A stretch of 17,406 nucleotides of DNA. Origin: Candidatus Micrarchaeota archaeon. GTDB lineage: Archaea > B1Sed10-29 > JAJSAI01. The first letter of the stretch is position 1; every line of letters begins with the position of its first letter. Both the position numbers and the translations under genes were made by a program. The stretch spans positions 1-17,406 of the forward strand of contig CAZVAJ010000009.1 of assembly GCA_964625085.1 (NCBI GenBank). The letters are read 5' to 3'. The notes below the pieces were generated by a model. The model ran no database searches. It saw only the letters and a list, made by a program, of their open reading frames with translations, and was not told the origin of the DNA. Below, piece by piece: positions 1 to 7,419 of the stretch.

Positions 1-335
1 CTTTTCCACACATCATTATAACCAGCTCCTGCTTCGACTCTTAACTGTATTTCTCTTGGTTCTATGCTCTGGTTTGCCCACGAGGGTTTGCCGATGTACG
101 ACTCGTTCCAGATAACTCCTGGAGGAATCTTTGCTCTTACTCTTGCTACTGATCCTGTGCCTTGAGCATAAACATATTCAGCAGCACTCGCGAGATCATT
201 GACCACTTTCCGGGCCTGGATCAAGTTTGTTTCAACCTGTGAGGTCTGGACAGCCTGCCAAATAAATGGTGTTAAGAGCAGGAATGCGAACGCGAGTATC
301 ATCAGCAGCTCAATCGCTGCCTGGCCCTTTCTCAT
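1..335 (-). CDS. Class III signal peptide (archaeal pilin-like) protein, 3' end runs off the window
   Basis: Not in the ORF track; translated by hand from ATG at 335: MRKGQAAIELLMILAFAFLLLTPFIWQ... The basic-G/Q cleavage site, +5 Glu and hydrophobic stretch are typical of class III signal peptides. The frame is open to base 1. Confidence 0.8.
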   Translation of the reverse strand, partial: MRKGQAAIELLMILAFAFLLLTPFIWQAVQTSQVETNLIQARKVVNDLASAAEYVYAQGTGSVARVRAKIPPGVIWNESYIGKPSWANQSIEPREIQLRVEAGAGYNDVWK

Positions 336-453
336 GCTAGAACAAAAGAAAAGCAAGTATTATAAGATTTGCCTTTTAGTTCTATGCAGTATATTTTCCG
401 GCCGGTTCGTGAGAGAACATATTTATTAGAATGATTCGGAAAAATTAGTGGCA

Positions 454-591
454 GCGGGGGTGCCCTAGCCTGGTTATGGGGCCGGACTTAAGTGGCCTTT
501 CTTTAGAAAAGAAAGCTCAACCAAAGAAAAAGGGTTGGAGAGATCCGGTGGCTTAGTGCCGTCATGGGTTCAAATCCCATCCCCCGCACCA
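454..591 (+). tRNA. tRNA-Leu(TAA) with a 50-nt intron at canonical 37/38 (493-542); CCA encoded
   Basis: Acceptor stem GCGGGGG/CCCCCGC, discriminator A then CCA (589-591). Anticodon stem CCGGA/TCCGG with TAA at 489-491. Long variable arm GGC-TTAGT-GCC. T arm ATGGG-TTCAAAT-CCCAT. Confidence 0.9.
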
Positions 592-601
592 AAATTTGGG
601 C

Positions 602-1399
602 TCACGCCCTCCTCCTTCTTTTCTTACCTCTCTCCAGCTTTTCAAGATCACGTTTCCTCTGCGAAGCAACCCTGGCCCTGGAAATCTCTCTCGCTTTTTC
701 AAGTGACTCGAGTGTTGCCTCTTGCACGTTAATAGTATGCACAAAATCAAGCGCTTTTTCTGTCAGTGTCCTTTCCTTTTCCTTAAGCTCTGCTATTCTC
801 TTTTTATCTTCTTCTGTTGCCTTTCCTTTTCGGACTTTTTCTGAAAGCTTGGCAATTTCCTTTCTGGCGTGTTCTCTTTCCGCCTTCAGCTGCGGAAGTT
901 CTGACCTGAGTTCGGACATCCTTTTCAGAATCTCCTGCCGTATGCCCTCTATCTTTCCAGGAGGGAACACCGCTCCAATGTAACCTGATGCTGTTTTAAT
1001 GTTTTTGATTGAGTTAGAGTTTATCTCGCTCATTCTGGCGGTTAGTAGTCTTGTCCTGACCTTCATCTCTTCCTTGCTTAGCTTGCCTTTTTCAGCCATT
1101 TTTGTCAGTCTGGTTCGCTCCCTTGCGATCTCTTGTACTGTTCTAAGCCCTCCGTATTCTTTTTCTAATTCTTGGACTATTTTTCCACGGAGGTCTTTCA
1201 TTTTCTGTTCTTGTTCCTGTATCAAGCGTTCCTTTTCTTCGATCTGCCTTTCTAGCGCCAGATCTTCAACCCCCTCTTCCAGCGCCTGCCTAGTGAGATC
1301 TTCGAACTGTTTGCCCATGGACAGTATGGTCTTTTCCTGTTCTTCTTCCAACTGCTCCAGTTCCTTGAACAAATCCTTGAGATCTTCCTTTTTTGCCAT
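602..1399 (-). CDS. Hypothetical coiled-coil protein with basic C-terminal tail
   Basis: Long E/K/R-rich ORF. The track starts it at 1462, but ATG at 1399 (MAKKEDL...) is more plausible. Ends in KKRRRRA. No family recognised. Confidence 0.7.
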   Translation of the reverse strand: MAKKEDLKDLFKELEQLEEEQEKTILSMGKQFEDLTRQALEEGVEDLALERQIEEKERLIQEQEQKMKDLRGKIVQELEKEYGGLRTVQEIARERTRLTKMAEKGKLSKEEMKVRTRLLTARMSEINSNSIKNIKTASGYIGAVFPPGKIEGIRQEILKRMSELRSELPQLKAEREHARKEIAKLSEKVRKGKATEEDKKRIAELKEKERTLTEKALDFVHTINVQEATLESLEKAREISRARVASQRKRDLEKLERGKKRRRRA

Positions 1400-1493
1400 G
1401 ATACTATTATTGCGTTGGGCCCTTTTATCCCTTTGGCAAGAGGGTAAAGAAGTCAAAAACATTGGTTCCGGATATACTTGCTAAAAGGTTCTC

Positions 1494-1605
1494 TGGCGGG
1501 CCCAGGGGGATTCGAACCCCCGACACCCAGGTTAAAAGCCTGGTGCTCTGCCACTTCAGCCGCTTCCTCCGCAGTGTGGCGGAAGGGAGACTGAGCTATG
1601 GGCCC
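1494..1605 (-). tRNA. tRNA-Lys(TTT) with a 35-nt D-loop intron (1554-1588, position 17/17a); CCA encoded
   Basis: Reverse complement reads GGGCCCA TA GCTC AGTC [intron] TGGCA GAGC A CCAGG CT TTT AA CCTGG GTGTC GGGGG TTCGAAT CCCCC TGGGCCC G CCA. Removing the intron gives a normal 77-nt cloverleaf. Confidence 0.9.
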
Positions 1606-1641
1606 AAGAATCAGGGCAAGATTATTTGGGTTTTAAGGGTT

Positions 1642-2934
1642 TTAATACGTTATTGGTTTTTTTCTTGGTTCCAGTATTTCCTGCCCATCCATGTACTTCT
1701 GGAGTACTTTAGGAATCACCACAGTGCCGTCAGGTTGCTGGTTGTTTTCGATTATTGCGACCATTGCCCTGCCTGTTGCGATGGCTGTTGAGTTAAGGGT
1801 GTGCAGCACCCCTCTTTCCCCGTTTTTCTTCTGGTACCTGATGTTAAGTTTCCGGGCTTGGTAGTCTGTACAGTTCGAGCAGCTGACTACTTCCTTGTAA
1901 TTGCCTTGCCTTGCCATCCATGCTTCGATGTCATACTTTTTGGCGGCAGTGCCGCCAAGATCTCCTGTGCACACATTCACCACGCGGTACGGGATTTCTA
2001 GTTTTTGGAACAGTTCTTCTGCTATTGTTATCATCTTCTCGTGTTCTTCCCATGATTTTTCAGGCATGCTGTAAACAAACTGTTCTATCTTGTGGAACTG
2101 ATGGACCCTGAACAGCCCTTTGGTGTCTACCCCATGAGATCCTATCTCTTTTCTGAAGCACGGGCTTATTCCAGCATACCGTAAAGGCAGGCTTTCCTCT
2201 GATATCACCTGGTCCATGTGCATGGCTGCAAGAGGGTGCTCTGAAGTGGCTATCAAGTACAAATCCTCGTTCTCTACCTTGTACAATACCTCCTCGAACG
2301 CGCTCAGATCTACTACTCCTTGCATTGCTTTCCTCCTGAGCATTAGAGGGGGTTCCACGATAGTGTACTCTTTTTTCTGAAGTTCGTCCAACGCAAACCT
2401 TTGTATTGCAAGATCAAGCAGGGCTGCCTGGCCGAGCAGGTAGTAGAATCCCCTGCCGCTCGCTTTTGCTGCAGCATCAAAGTCAGCAAGCCCTAGAATT
2501 TCAAGCACATCTTGGTGTGGCTTGAGCTCGAAGTCTTTTTTGATGGGTTTTCCCCATGTGCGGATCATTATATTATCTGTGTCATCTTTTCCTACTGGCA
2601 CACTCTCGTGCGTGAGGTTCGGGACCCTGAGCCTCAGGTCATCCCTCTTTTTCTCGAGTTCCCTTGCCCTCTCTTCCATTTCTTTTATTTTCTGGTTCAC
2701 TTCACGCATTTCCGTGATCTTCTGACCAGTGTCTTCTCCTTTCTTTTTGAGCTCAGCGATTTCTTTTGTCACAGTGTTCCGTTTGTGCTGGAGTTCTTGT
2801 AGTTTGATTTTTGTCTGCCGCCATTCCTTGTCCAGTTCCACGATCTTGTCAACAATACCAGTGTCTTCTCCTCTTTTTACAAGATCTTGTTTTATTACAT
2901 CAGGATTCTCTCTGAACAGTTTGATGTCAAGCAT
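1642..2934 (-). CDS. serS: Seryl-tRNA synthetase (type 1)
   Basis: N-terminal MLDIKLFREN and coiled-coil arm; LIATSEHP, motif 2 FRKE...GLFRVHQFHKIE, EVVSCSNCTDYQAR, HTLNSTAIATGR. Confidence 0.97.
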   Translation of the reverse strand: MLDIKLFRENPDVIKQDLVKRGEDTGIVDKIVELDKEWRQTKIKLQELQHKRNTVTKEIAELKKKGEDTGQKITEMREVNQKIKEMEERARELEKKRDDLRLRVPNLTHESVPVGKDDTDNIMIRTWGKPIKKDFELKPHQDVLEILGLADFDAAAKASGRGFYYLLGQAALLDLAIQRFALDELQKKEYTIVEPPLMLRRKAMQGVVDLSAFEEVLYKVENEDLYLIATSEHPLAAMHMDQVISEESLPLRYAGISPCFRKEIGSHGVDTKGLFRVHQFHKIEQFVYSMPEKSWEEHEKMITIAEELFQKLEIPYRVVNVCTGDLGGTAAKKYDIEAWMARQGNYKEVVSCSNCTDYQARKLNIRYQKKNGERGVLHTLNSTAIATGRAMVAIIENNQQPDGTVVIPKVLQKYMDGQEILEPRKKPITY

Positions 2935-3005
2935 GAGATACCACTCTCTTGTTTCATATTCCTTCCAGCCATATTAAAAACCTTGACGGTTGCTATTTTA
3001 TATGC

Positions 3006-3050
3006 TCTAACAGAATTCTTTCACATGATACTTGTCATGATTTTGTTAGA
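3006..3050. other. Imperfect inverted repeat/hairpin in the intergenic gap upstream of serS
   Basis: TCTAACA (3006-3012) / TGTTAGA (3044-3050) enclosing CATGA (3024-3028) / TCATG (3035-3039). Confidence 0.45.
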
Positions 3051-3066
3051 AGAAAAAGTTTGTGTT

Positions 3067-3861
3067 TTATCTTTTCCTTGGCCTGCCTCTTTTTCTCCTG
3101 AGTTTTAGTTTCAGGAACTTTTCAAGCGCATTCCTGTCCAGGCCTAGAAGCAGCCTTTTTCTTTCAGGTATCCTTGCTCTTTTTTGCCTAAGTTCTTCTG
3201 TTTCCCAGATTCTTTCTAGCTCTCCTTTCCCTTCTTTTATCCCTTCTATGATCTCTTCTGATTCCCTGCTTATTCTTTCAGGGGGTCCTTTTTTGGCTGT
3301 CTCGTGCACTATGCTTGTTCCGCCATAGTAGAGTTCAGTGAACAAGAGGTTTCTGGGCAGGGGCTTTTTTGAGTCAAGAACTTTCTCCAGAGAATAAAGT
3401 TGTTTTGCCAGTTCTGGTTCTGTTTTTTCTCTTGCTCTTGCCATCTGGTATACTGCTGCTGATACTACTGTCCTGGCATCTTCTGCAGCTAATTCCGGCT
3501 GGTTCCGCATTATTTCGTGAATTCTGTTCTTTAGCTCGGTTTTCAGGCTTAGGATATCATAATTCTTTTCAGGCCTTATGATAGGTTGGGGTTCAGGCTT
3601 TTTGGGTCTCGCAGCAGGCTGTCTTTTTCTTCTAGATTCCTTTTCTTTTCTGGGCCTGCGCTTTTTTACTTCCCTCTTTTTCCTTATCCTGAAAGTGTTC
3701 GGGCCTTCTCTTTTTACCTCGACGTTGTAGCCTTGTTCCGCGAGGGTTGCCTGTATATGGGGTACTTTGTGTCCTACTGTTAGGGTTACTCTTACCCACT
3801 TCCCTTCCTTGGCTTTCTCTAGTTTTCTGATCAGGTCTTCTAGTACAGTGCCCTTTGCCAT
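3067..3861 (-). CDS. Hypothetical basic protein with a C-terminal AT-hook-like motif
   Basis: 264-aa ORF with a TTATATA box shortly upstream of the ATG; ends ...RRKRGRPRKR. Confidence 0.7.
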   Translation of the reverse strand: MAKGTVLEDLIRKLEKAKEGKWVRVTLTVGHKVPHIQATLAEQGYNVEVKREGPNTFRIRKKREVKKRRPRKEKESRRKRQPAARPKKPEPQPIIRPEKNYDILSLKTELKNRIHEIMRNQPELAAEDARTVVSAAVYQMARAREKTEPELAKQLYSLEKVLDSKKPLPRNLLFTELYYGGTSIVHETAKKGPPERISRESEEIIEGIKEGKGELERIWETEELRQKRARIPERKRLLLGLDRNALEKFLKLKLRRKRGRPRKR

Positions 3862-3908
3862 GCTCTAAAAAAGAAAAGGAGGTATATAATGTTTGGTTCC
3901 TGTTTTTT

Positions 3909-5093
3909 TTATTCTGCAGTGTACACTTCAACTTTTCTTGTGCTTTTCAGCTGGCCTTGTTTTACTCCGACAATGTACTTGACGTTATTTTTGTCGGCGG
4001 TGTCTACGAGTCTTTGTGTAACTATGCCGTCCATGACCACTGCGTACACGCCTCTTTCTTTTTCAAGGGCTCTTGTCAGCTCTTTTACAGGAACTTCTTT
4101 GATCTCTTTCATCCCCTCTCCGAAGAGAACTGCTTTCAGGCTTCCTGAGAGCTTGTTAAGCGTGTTTTCCATGACCTTTATCTCTTGAGGGGCTTCCTGT
4201 TTTTTTCTGGGTTCGTATCTTTTGTGCCCGTGTTTTCTGTGAGTGTGTTCTTCTTGTCCGAAAGTGTGGCTCATGAACTCTGGTAAAGGCAGTTTTCTTC
4301 TGAGGCACTTCAGGATCTCTTTCTGAGTAAGCTCTTCAACTTCTTTTCCGTCAGGTGCTTTTGTTACAAAGTCTGCTTCTCCACCAGTTTCCACAAAGTT
4401 CTTGACTATCAGGTCTCCGCCTCTGTCTCCGTCAACGAACAAGGTTATTGTTTTCTTGTGTGACAGGTCAACAACGCTTCTTGGAATGTTCTTTCCTTGT
4501 AGTGAGATAACGTTTGTTATGCCTGCTTTAAGCAGGGTTAGGACGTCTGCCCTGCCCTCTACCACTATAATTTCTTCTGAAGAGTCTACTCCGGGGCCTG
4601 CTGCCAGTTTTTCAGGGCCCCATGAGATCACTTCTGCTGTTTTTACTTCGTCTCTCACGAGTTCTGATAGCTCTCTGCTTTCAGGCAGTTTTCTGTCTAT
4701 CAGTTGTTTCAGGATCTCTTTTGCTCTTGACACGATCTGTTCTCTTTTCTTGGTTCTGGTGTCTTCAACGCTCACAGCGTGTATTCTGGCTTCGCAGGGA
4801 CCTATCCTGTCCACTGTTTCAAGCGCTGCTGCCAGAATGCTTGTTTCTACCCTGTCAAGGCTGCTTGGGAGGGTTATCTCCCCTCTTGTTTTTCCTTTTC
4901 CTGTGTTAACACTTACTTCTATTCTTCCTATCCTGCCTGACTTCTGTAGTTCTCTCAGGTCCAGCTGGTCTCCCAGTAGGCCTTCTGTCTGACCAAATAT
5001 AGCACCAATTATGTCTGGTTTTTCCACGATACCATCTATTTCATACTCGGCTTTTACTATGTATTTTACGGTATCAACATAAGTTTTTGCCAT
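3909..5093 (-). CDS. dnaG: Archaeal DnaG (TOPRIM, exosome-associated primase-like protein)
   Basis: GIVEKPDIIGAIFGQTEGLLG..LDLRELQKSGRIGRIEV; TOPRIM motifs IIVVEGRADV and FVDGDRGG; EVEELTQKEI. Likely start ATG 5093 after a GAGGTGA RBS (track start 5111). Confidence 0.95.
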   Translation of the reverse strand: MAKTYVDTVKYIVKAEYEIDGIVEKPDIIGAIFGQTEGLLGDQLDLRELQKSGRIGRIEVSVNTGKGKTRGEITLPSSLDRVETSILAAALETVDRIGPCEARIHAVSVEDTRTKKREQIVSRAKEILKQLIDRKLPESRELSELVRDEVKTAEVISWGPEKLAAGPGVDSSEEIIVVEGRADVLTLLKAGITNVISLQGKNIPRSVVDLSHKKTITLFVDGDRGGDLIVKNFVETGGEADFVTKAPDGKEVEELTQKEILKCLRRKLPLPEFMSHTFGQEEHTHRKHGHKRYEPRKKQEAPQEIKVMENTLNKLSGSLKAVLFGEGMKEIKEVPVKELTRALEKERGVYAVVMDGIVTQRLVDTADKNNVKYIVGVKQGQLKSTRKVEVYTAE

Positions 5094-5439
5094 CTTTTTC
5101 ACCTCTTTCAATTGCCTTTGGAAGTTCTTCCACGCGTGTTATGCGCGTGATCTTCCTTAGTTTTCTTCTGTAATCAAGGTCGGCTGTTTTTCCTTCATCG
5201 TGCAGGAGCTCTACTAGCCTGCTTGCCATTCTACGGCCGTCTTCATCATAGTCTGTTAGAATGATTGCAGGGTCTGTGGAAACTGCTGCAGCTTCCTGCA
5301 TGCTCCTGCTGCATGTCACTACGTTTGTTATGCCCAGTTTGTTAAGGGCTGTTTTGTCTTTTTTTCCTTCTACTATCTTTGTGTGACTGCTTTCTCTGAG
5401 TTCCTGGAGCAATTTTTCAAGCTCCTGCTGTTCTTCCAA
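5074..5439 (-). CDS. Small stand-alone TOPRIM-domain protein (RNase M5-like/COG1658-type)
   Basis: IVEGKKD and ILTDYDEDG TOPRIM motifs; TTG start with a GGTGA RBS; overlaps the dnaG start. Confidence 0.85.
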   Translation of the reverse strand: MEEQQELEKLLQELRESSHTKIVEGKKDKTALNKLGITNVVTCSRSMQEAAAVSTDPAIILTDYDEDGRRMASRLVELLHDEGKTADLDYRRKLRKITRITRVEELPKAIERGEKDGKNLC

Positions 5440-5462
5440 GGTTTTTCACCGGCCTTTATCCT

Positions 5463-5612
5463 ACAATATCTGGCCCAGAATAAGCTCACTAGCCTTCATC
5501 TTCCTTTTGCAAGGTTTAGTTTAGTGAGCGTTAATCTAGTGATATTGTGATGTTTGGCGTGGTCTTGTCCCTTAGGATCATCAAGTCCCCTGGGTTCATC
5601 CCCCACGCCAGG
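5463..5612 (-). ncRNA. Putative structured RNA (ncRNA or 5' leader) of unknown class
   Basis: An 8-bp terminal stem TGGCGTGG/CCACGCCA (5555-5562/5603-5610) encloses two small hairpins. It is followed by an 86-nt multi-helix hairpin (5463-5548) capped by CCTT-GCAA-AAGG on the minus strand. A TATA box lies about 20-30 nt upstream. Confidence 0.5.
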
Positions 5613-5629
5613 TACTATTCTGAGAAATC

Positions 5630-5640
5630 TTTTATAAAAA
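5630..5640 (-). promoter_or_regulatory. TATA box for the structured RNA / TOPRIM-dnaG unit
   Basis: Minus strand AACCTTTTTATAAAA, resembling other promoter-like boxes in the window (AAAACCCTTTTTAA at ~13932, AAAACCTTTTAAATA at ~15651). Confidence 0.55.
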
Positions 5641-5642
5641 GG

Positions 5643-6458
5643 TTATTCTTGGTGTTCTGCCAGCCATTTCACGTAATCTGTTTTAGTGGCAATCCCTAGT
5701 AATGCTTTGTTTTCCATCACGAGAACGCTTCCAACCCTTTTTTCAAGAATTCTTTTTGCGCCTATGCTGGCGTCTTCGAAAGGTTTTACTGACTCTATCC
5801 GTGTTTTCATGAGGTCTGCTACTATCAGAGGGAATACTTTCACGTTTTCGTGCCTTACTCCTTTTACTGTTTTTCTTATGAAAGTAAGGCTCCGGGGCCT
5901 TAGACCAAGCCCTGAAAAGCTAACGTCCCTGTCTGATAAGATTCCCACAACTTCATTATCTCTTTTTACCACTATTCTGTCAATGTCATGTTCTTTCATT
6001 AGTTTTAGCGCGTGGAATACTGAGTGGTTCTCTGTCGTTGCGATAACCTCTGGGTTCATTATTTTGCTCATGATAGCGTCTCCTGAATGGTGTTCTATGA
6101 AGAACCTGAGCAGGTCACTGTTTGTTATAACTCCTATTATGTTTCCTGAGCTTTCTACTGGAAGCATGCTTATTCTGTTCTCATCCATCTTTTTGGCCGC
6201 TTGGTAGACGCTCGCATCAGGTTTTGTTGTTACTATTTCTCTGCTCATCACATCAGAAGCTGGAACTGAGTCTATGGGCCGTTTTTCCTCAAAAAACGCC
6301 TTGCCAAGGTCCCTTTCTGTTATTATTCCAAGCGGTTTTTCATCGTACACTAGCACGTGGCCTATTTTTTTCTTCAGGAACAGGTTTCTTATGGCTGCTA
6401 GTGGTTCTTCCGGCCCTACCACATAAACTTTTTCATTCATGTAATCCTTTACGAGCAT
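5643..6458 (-). CDS. CBS-domain protein (two Bateman modules, four CBS repeats)
   Basis: VKDYM..., GIITERDL, DVMSREIVT, GVITNSDLL, GILSDRDV, GIATKTDY. Confidence 0.92.
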   Translation of the reverse strand: MLVKDYMNEKVYVVGPEEPLAAIRNLFLKKKIGHVLVYDEKPLGIITERDLGKAFFEEKRPIDSVPASDVMSREIVTTKPDASVYQAAKKMDENRISMLPVESSGNIIGVITNSDLLRFFIEHHSGDAIMSKIMNPEVIATTENHSVFHALKLMKEHDIDRIVVKRDNEVVGILSDRDVSFSGLGLRPRSLTFIRKTVKGVRHENVKVFPLIVADLMKTRIESVKPFEDASIGAKRILEKRVGSVLVMENKALLGIATKTDYVKWLAEHQE

Positions 6459-6459
6459 A

Positions 6460-7002
6460 CTACTCCCTCCTACATTCTGGGCACAACAGCCCTTGGGATG
6501 TTAGGACAAGTTGTGTGGAGTAGTTCCCGCAGCTTTCACATTCTCCTGAAAGGTATTCCTGGCTTGGTTCTAGCACGCCAGATCCTATCTCTGCTTCTTC
6601 TCTTGTTATCTTGATAAGCGCGGGTTCTGTTTTTACAAGATCACGTTCTGTAATCATTCCTATGATCTTACCGTGCTCTCCTGTTACAGGCAGTCTGTCA
6701 ACTCCTGCGTCCCTCATTATCCTGGCAAGGTCTTCTATGTCCATGGATTTTTTCACGGTTCTCAAGGGCGTGCTCATCACGTCAGATGCTTTTGTTTTTT
6801 CAGGGTCTTTGCCTTCTGCAACTACCTTTTGGACTATGTCTCCTTCTGTTATGATCCCGACGCTCTTGCCATTTTCTGTTACTATAAGTCCGCCTACTTT
6901 AGCTTTTTTCAGAGCTTCTGCCACTTCCTTTACGCTGACAGTGCCCCGTATTGTTAGCACTCCCTTGTGCATTATCTCGCCTGCAGTAATTCCTATTGCC
7001 AT
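6460..7002 (-). CDS. CBS-pair protein with C-terminal Zn-ribbon
   Basis: AGEIMHKGV, GIITEGDIV, DVMSTPL, GMITERDL; C-terminal CESC...CPEC. Confidence 0.9.
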   Translation of the reverse strand: MAIGITAGEIMHKGVLTIRGTVSVKEVAEALKKAKVGGLIVTENGKSVGIITEGDIVQKVVAEGKDPEKTKASDVMSTPLRTVKKSMDIEDLARIMRDAGVDRLPVTGEHGKIIGMITERDLVKTEPALIKITREEAEIGSGVLEPSQEYLSGECESCGNYSTQLVLTSQGLLCPECRRE

Positions 7003-7062
7003 CCTTAATCCCCCCTTTGAACTAAGGAGGAGTTCAGGGTATAAAATGCTTCTGGAAAAGGA

Positions 7063-7419
7063 TTAAAAACCAGCCAGGATCTCATCAAGCTTTTTGTTAT
7101 CTGCTCTTTTCTTGGCATTAAACCTGTCATTTTTTACCACAACGCCGTAGACAGGGCTCCGGAGGAAAGAGTACGCGAGGATCGGCACTGCTTTGTACTT
7201 TTTTGCTTCTTTAACAAGGTCTGACAGCCCGTAAACGTACAACGCGTCCTTAACAGTTGTTTTGCACTGTACCAGTATTTTGCTGTCCTGGTTGAAAGCA
7301 ATAAGGTCTGCTTCTCCTTTTGAGCTTGGGCTACGCAGAACTTTCCAGCCCATTCCTTCCAGCATCTTCCGGGTTCTGTACTCCAGCCTGTACCCTCTCT
7401 GGTAGTTCTGGTTAGGCAC
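7063..7419 (-). CDS. Holliday junction resolvase-like PD-(D/E)xK nuclease (Hjc family)
   Basis: GYRLEYR...LEGMGWKVLRSPSS..ADLIA...ILVQCK matches the Hjc E...D...(E/Q)xK pattern. Confidence 0.75.
   Translation of the reverse strand: MPNQNYQRGYRLEYRTRKMLEGMGWKVLRSPSSKGEADLIAFNQDSKILVQCKTTVKDALYVYGLSDLVKEAKKYKAVPILAYSFLRSPVYGVVVKNDRFNAKKRADNKKLDEILAGF

Noticed and set aside
5463..5548. SRP RNA helix 8
   Set aside because: It has a GNRA loop but lacks the conserved CAGG/AGCA symmetric loop, and the region is much shorter than archaeal 7S RNA; not called without a covariance-model search.
5555..5610. Hammerhead ribozyme resemblance (minus strand CTTGATGA-TCC-TAAG-GGA-CAAGAC)
   Set aside because: The core would need CUGAUGA and GAAA plus an NUH cleavage triplet; here it is UUGAUGA and AAGA with no correctly placed NUH.
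5556..5610. tRNA-like or att-site reading on the plus strand (GGCGTGG...GGGTTCATCCC-CCACGCCA)
   Set aside because: No proper D or anticodon arm, the T-loop is only 5 nt, and the match to the tRNA-Leu 3' end needs a 7-nt gap plus mismatches.
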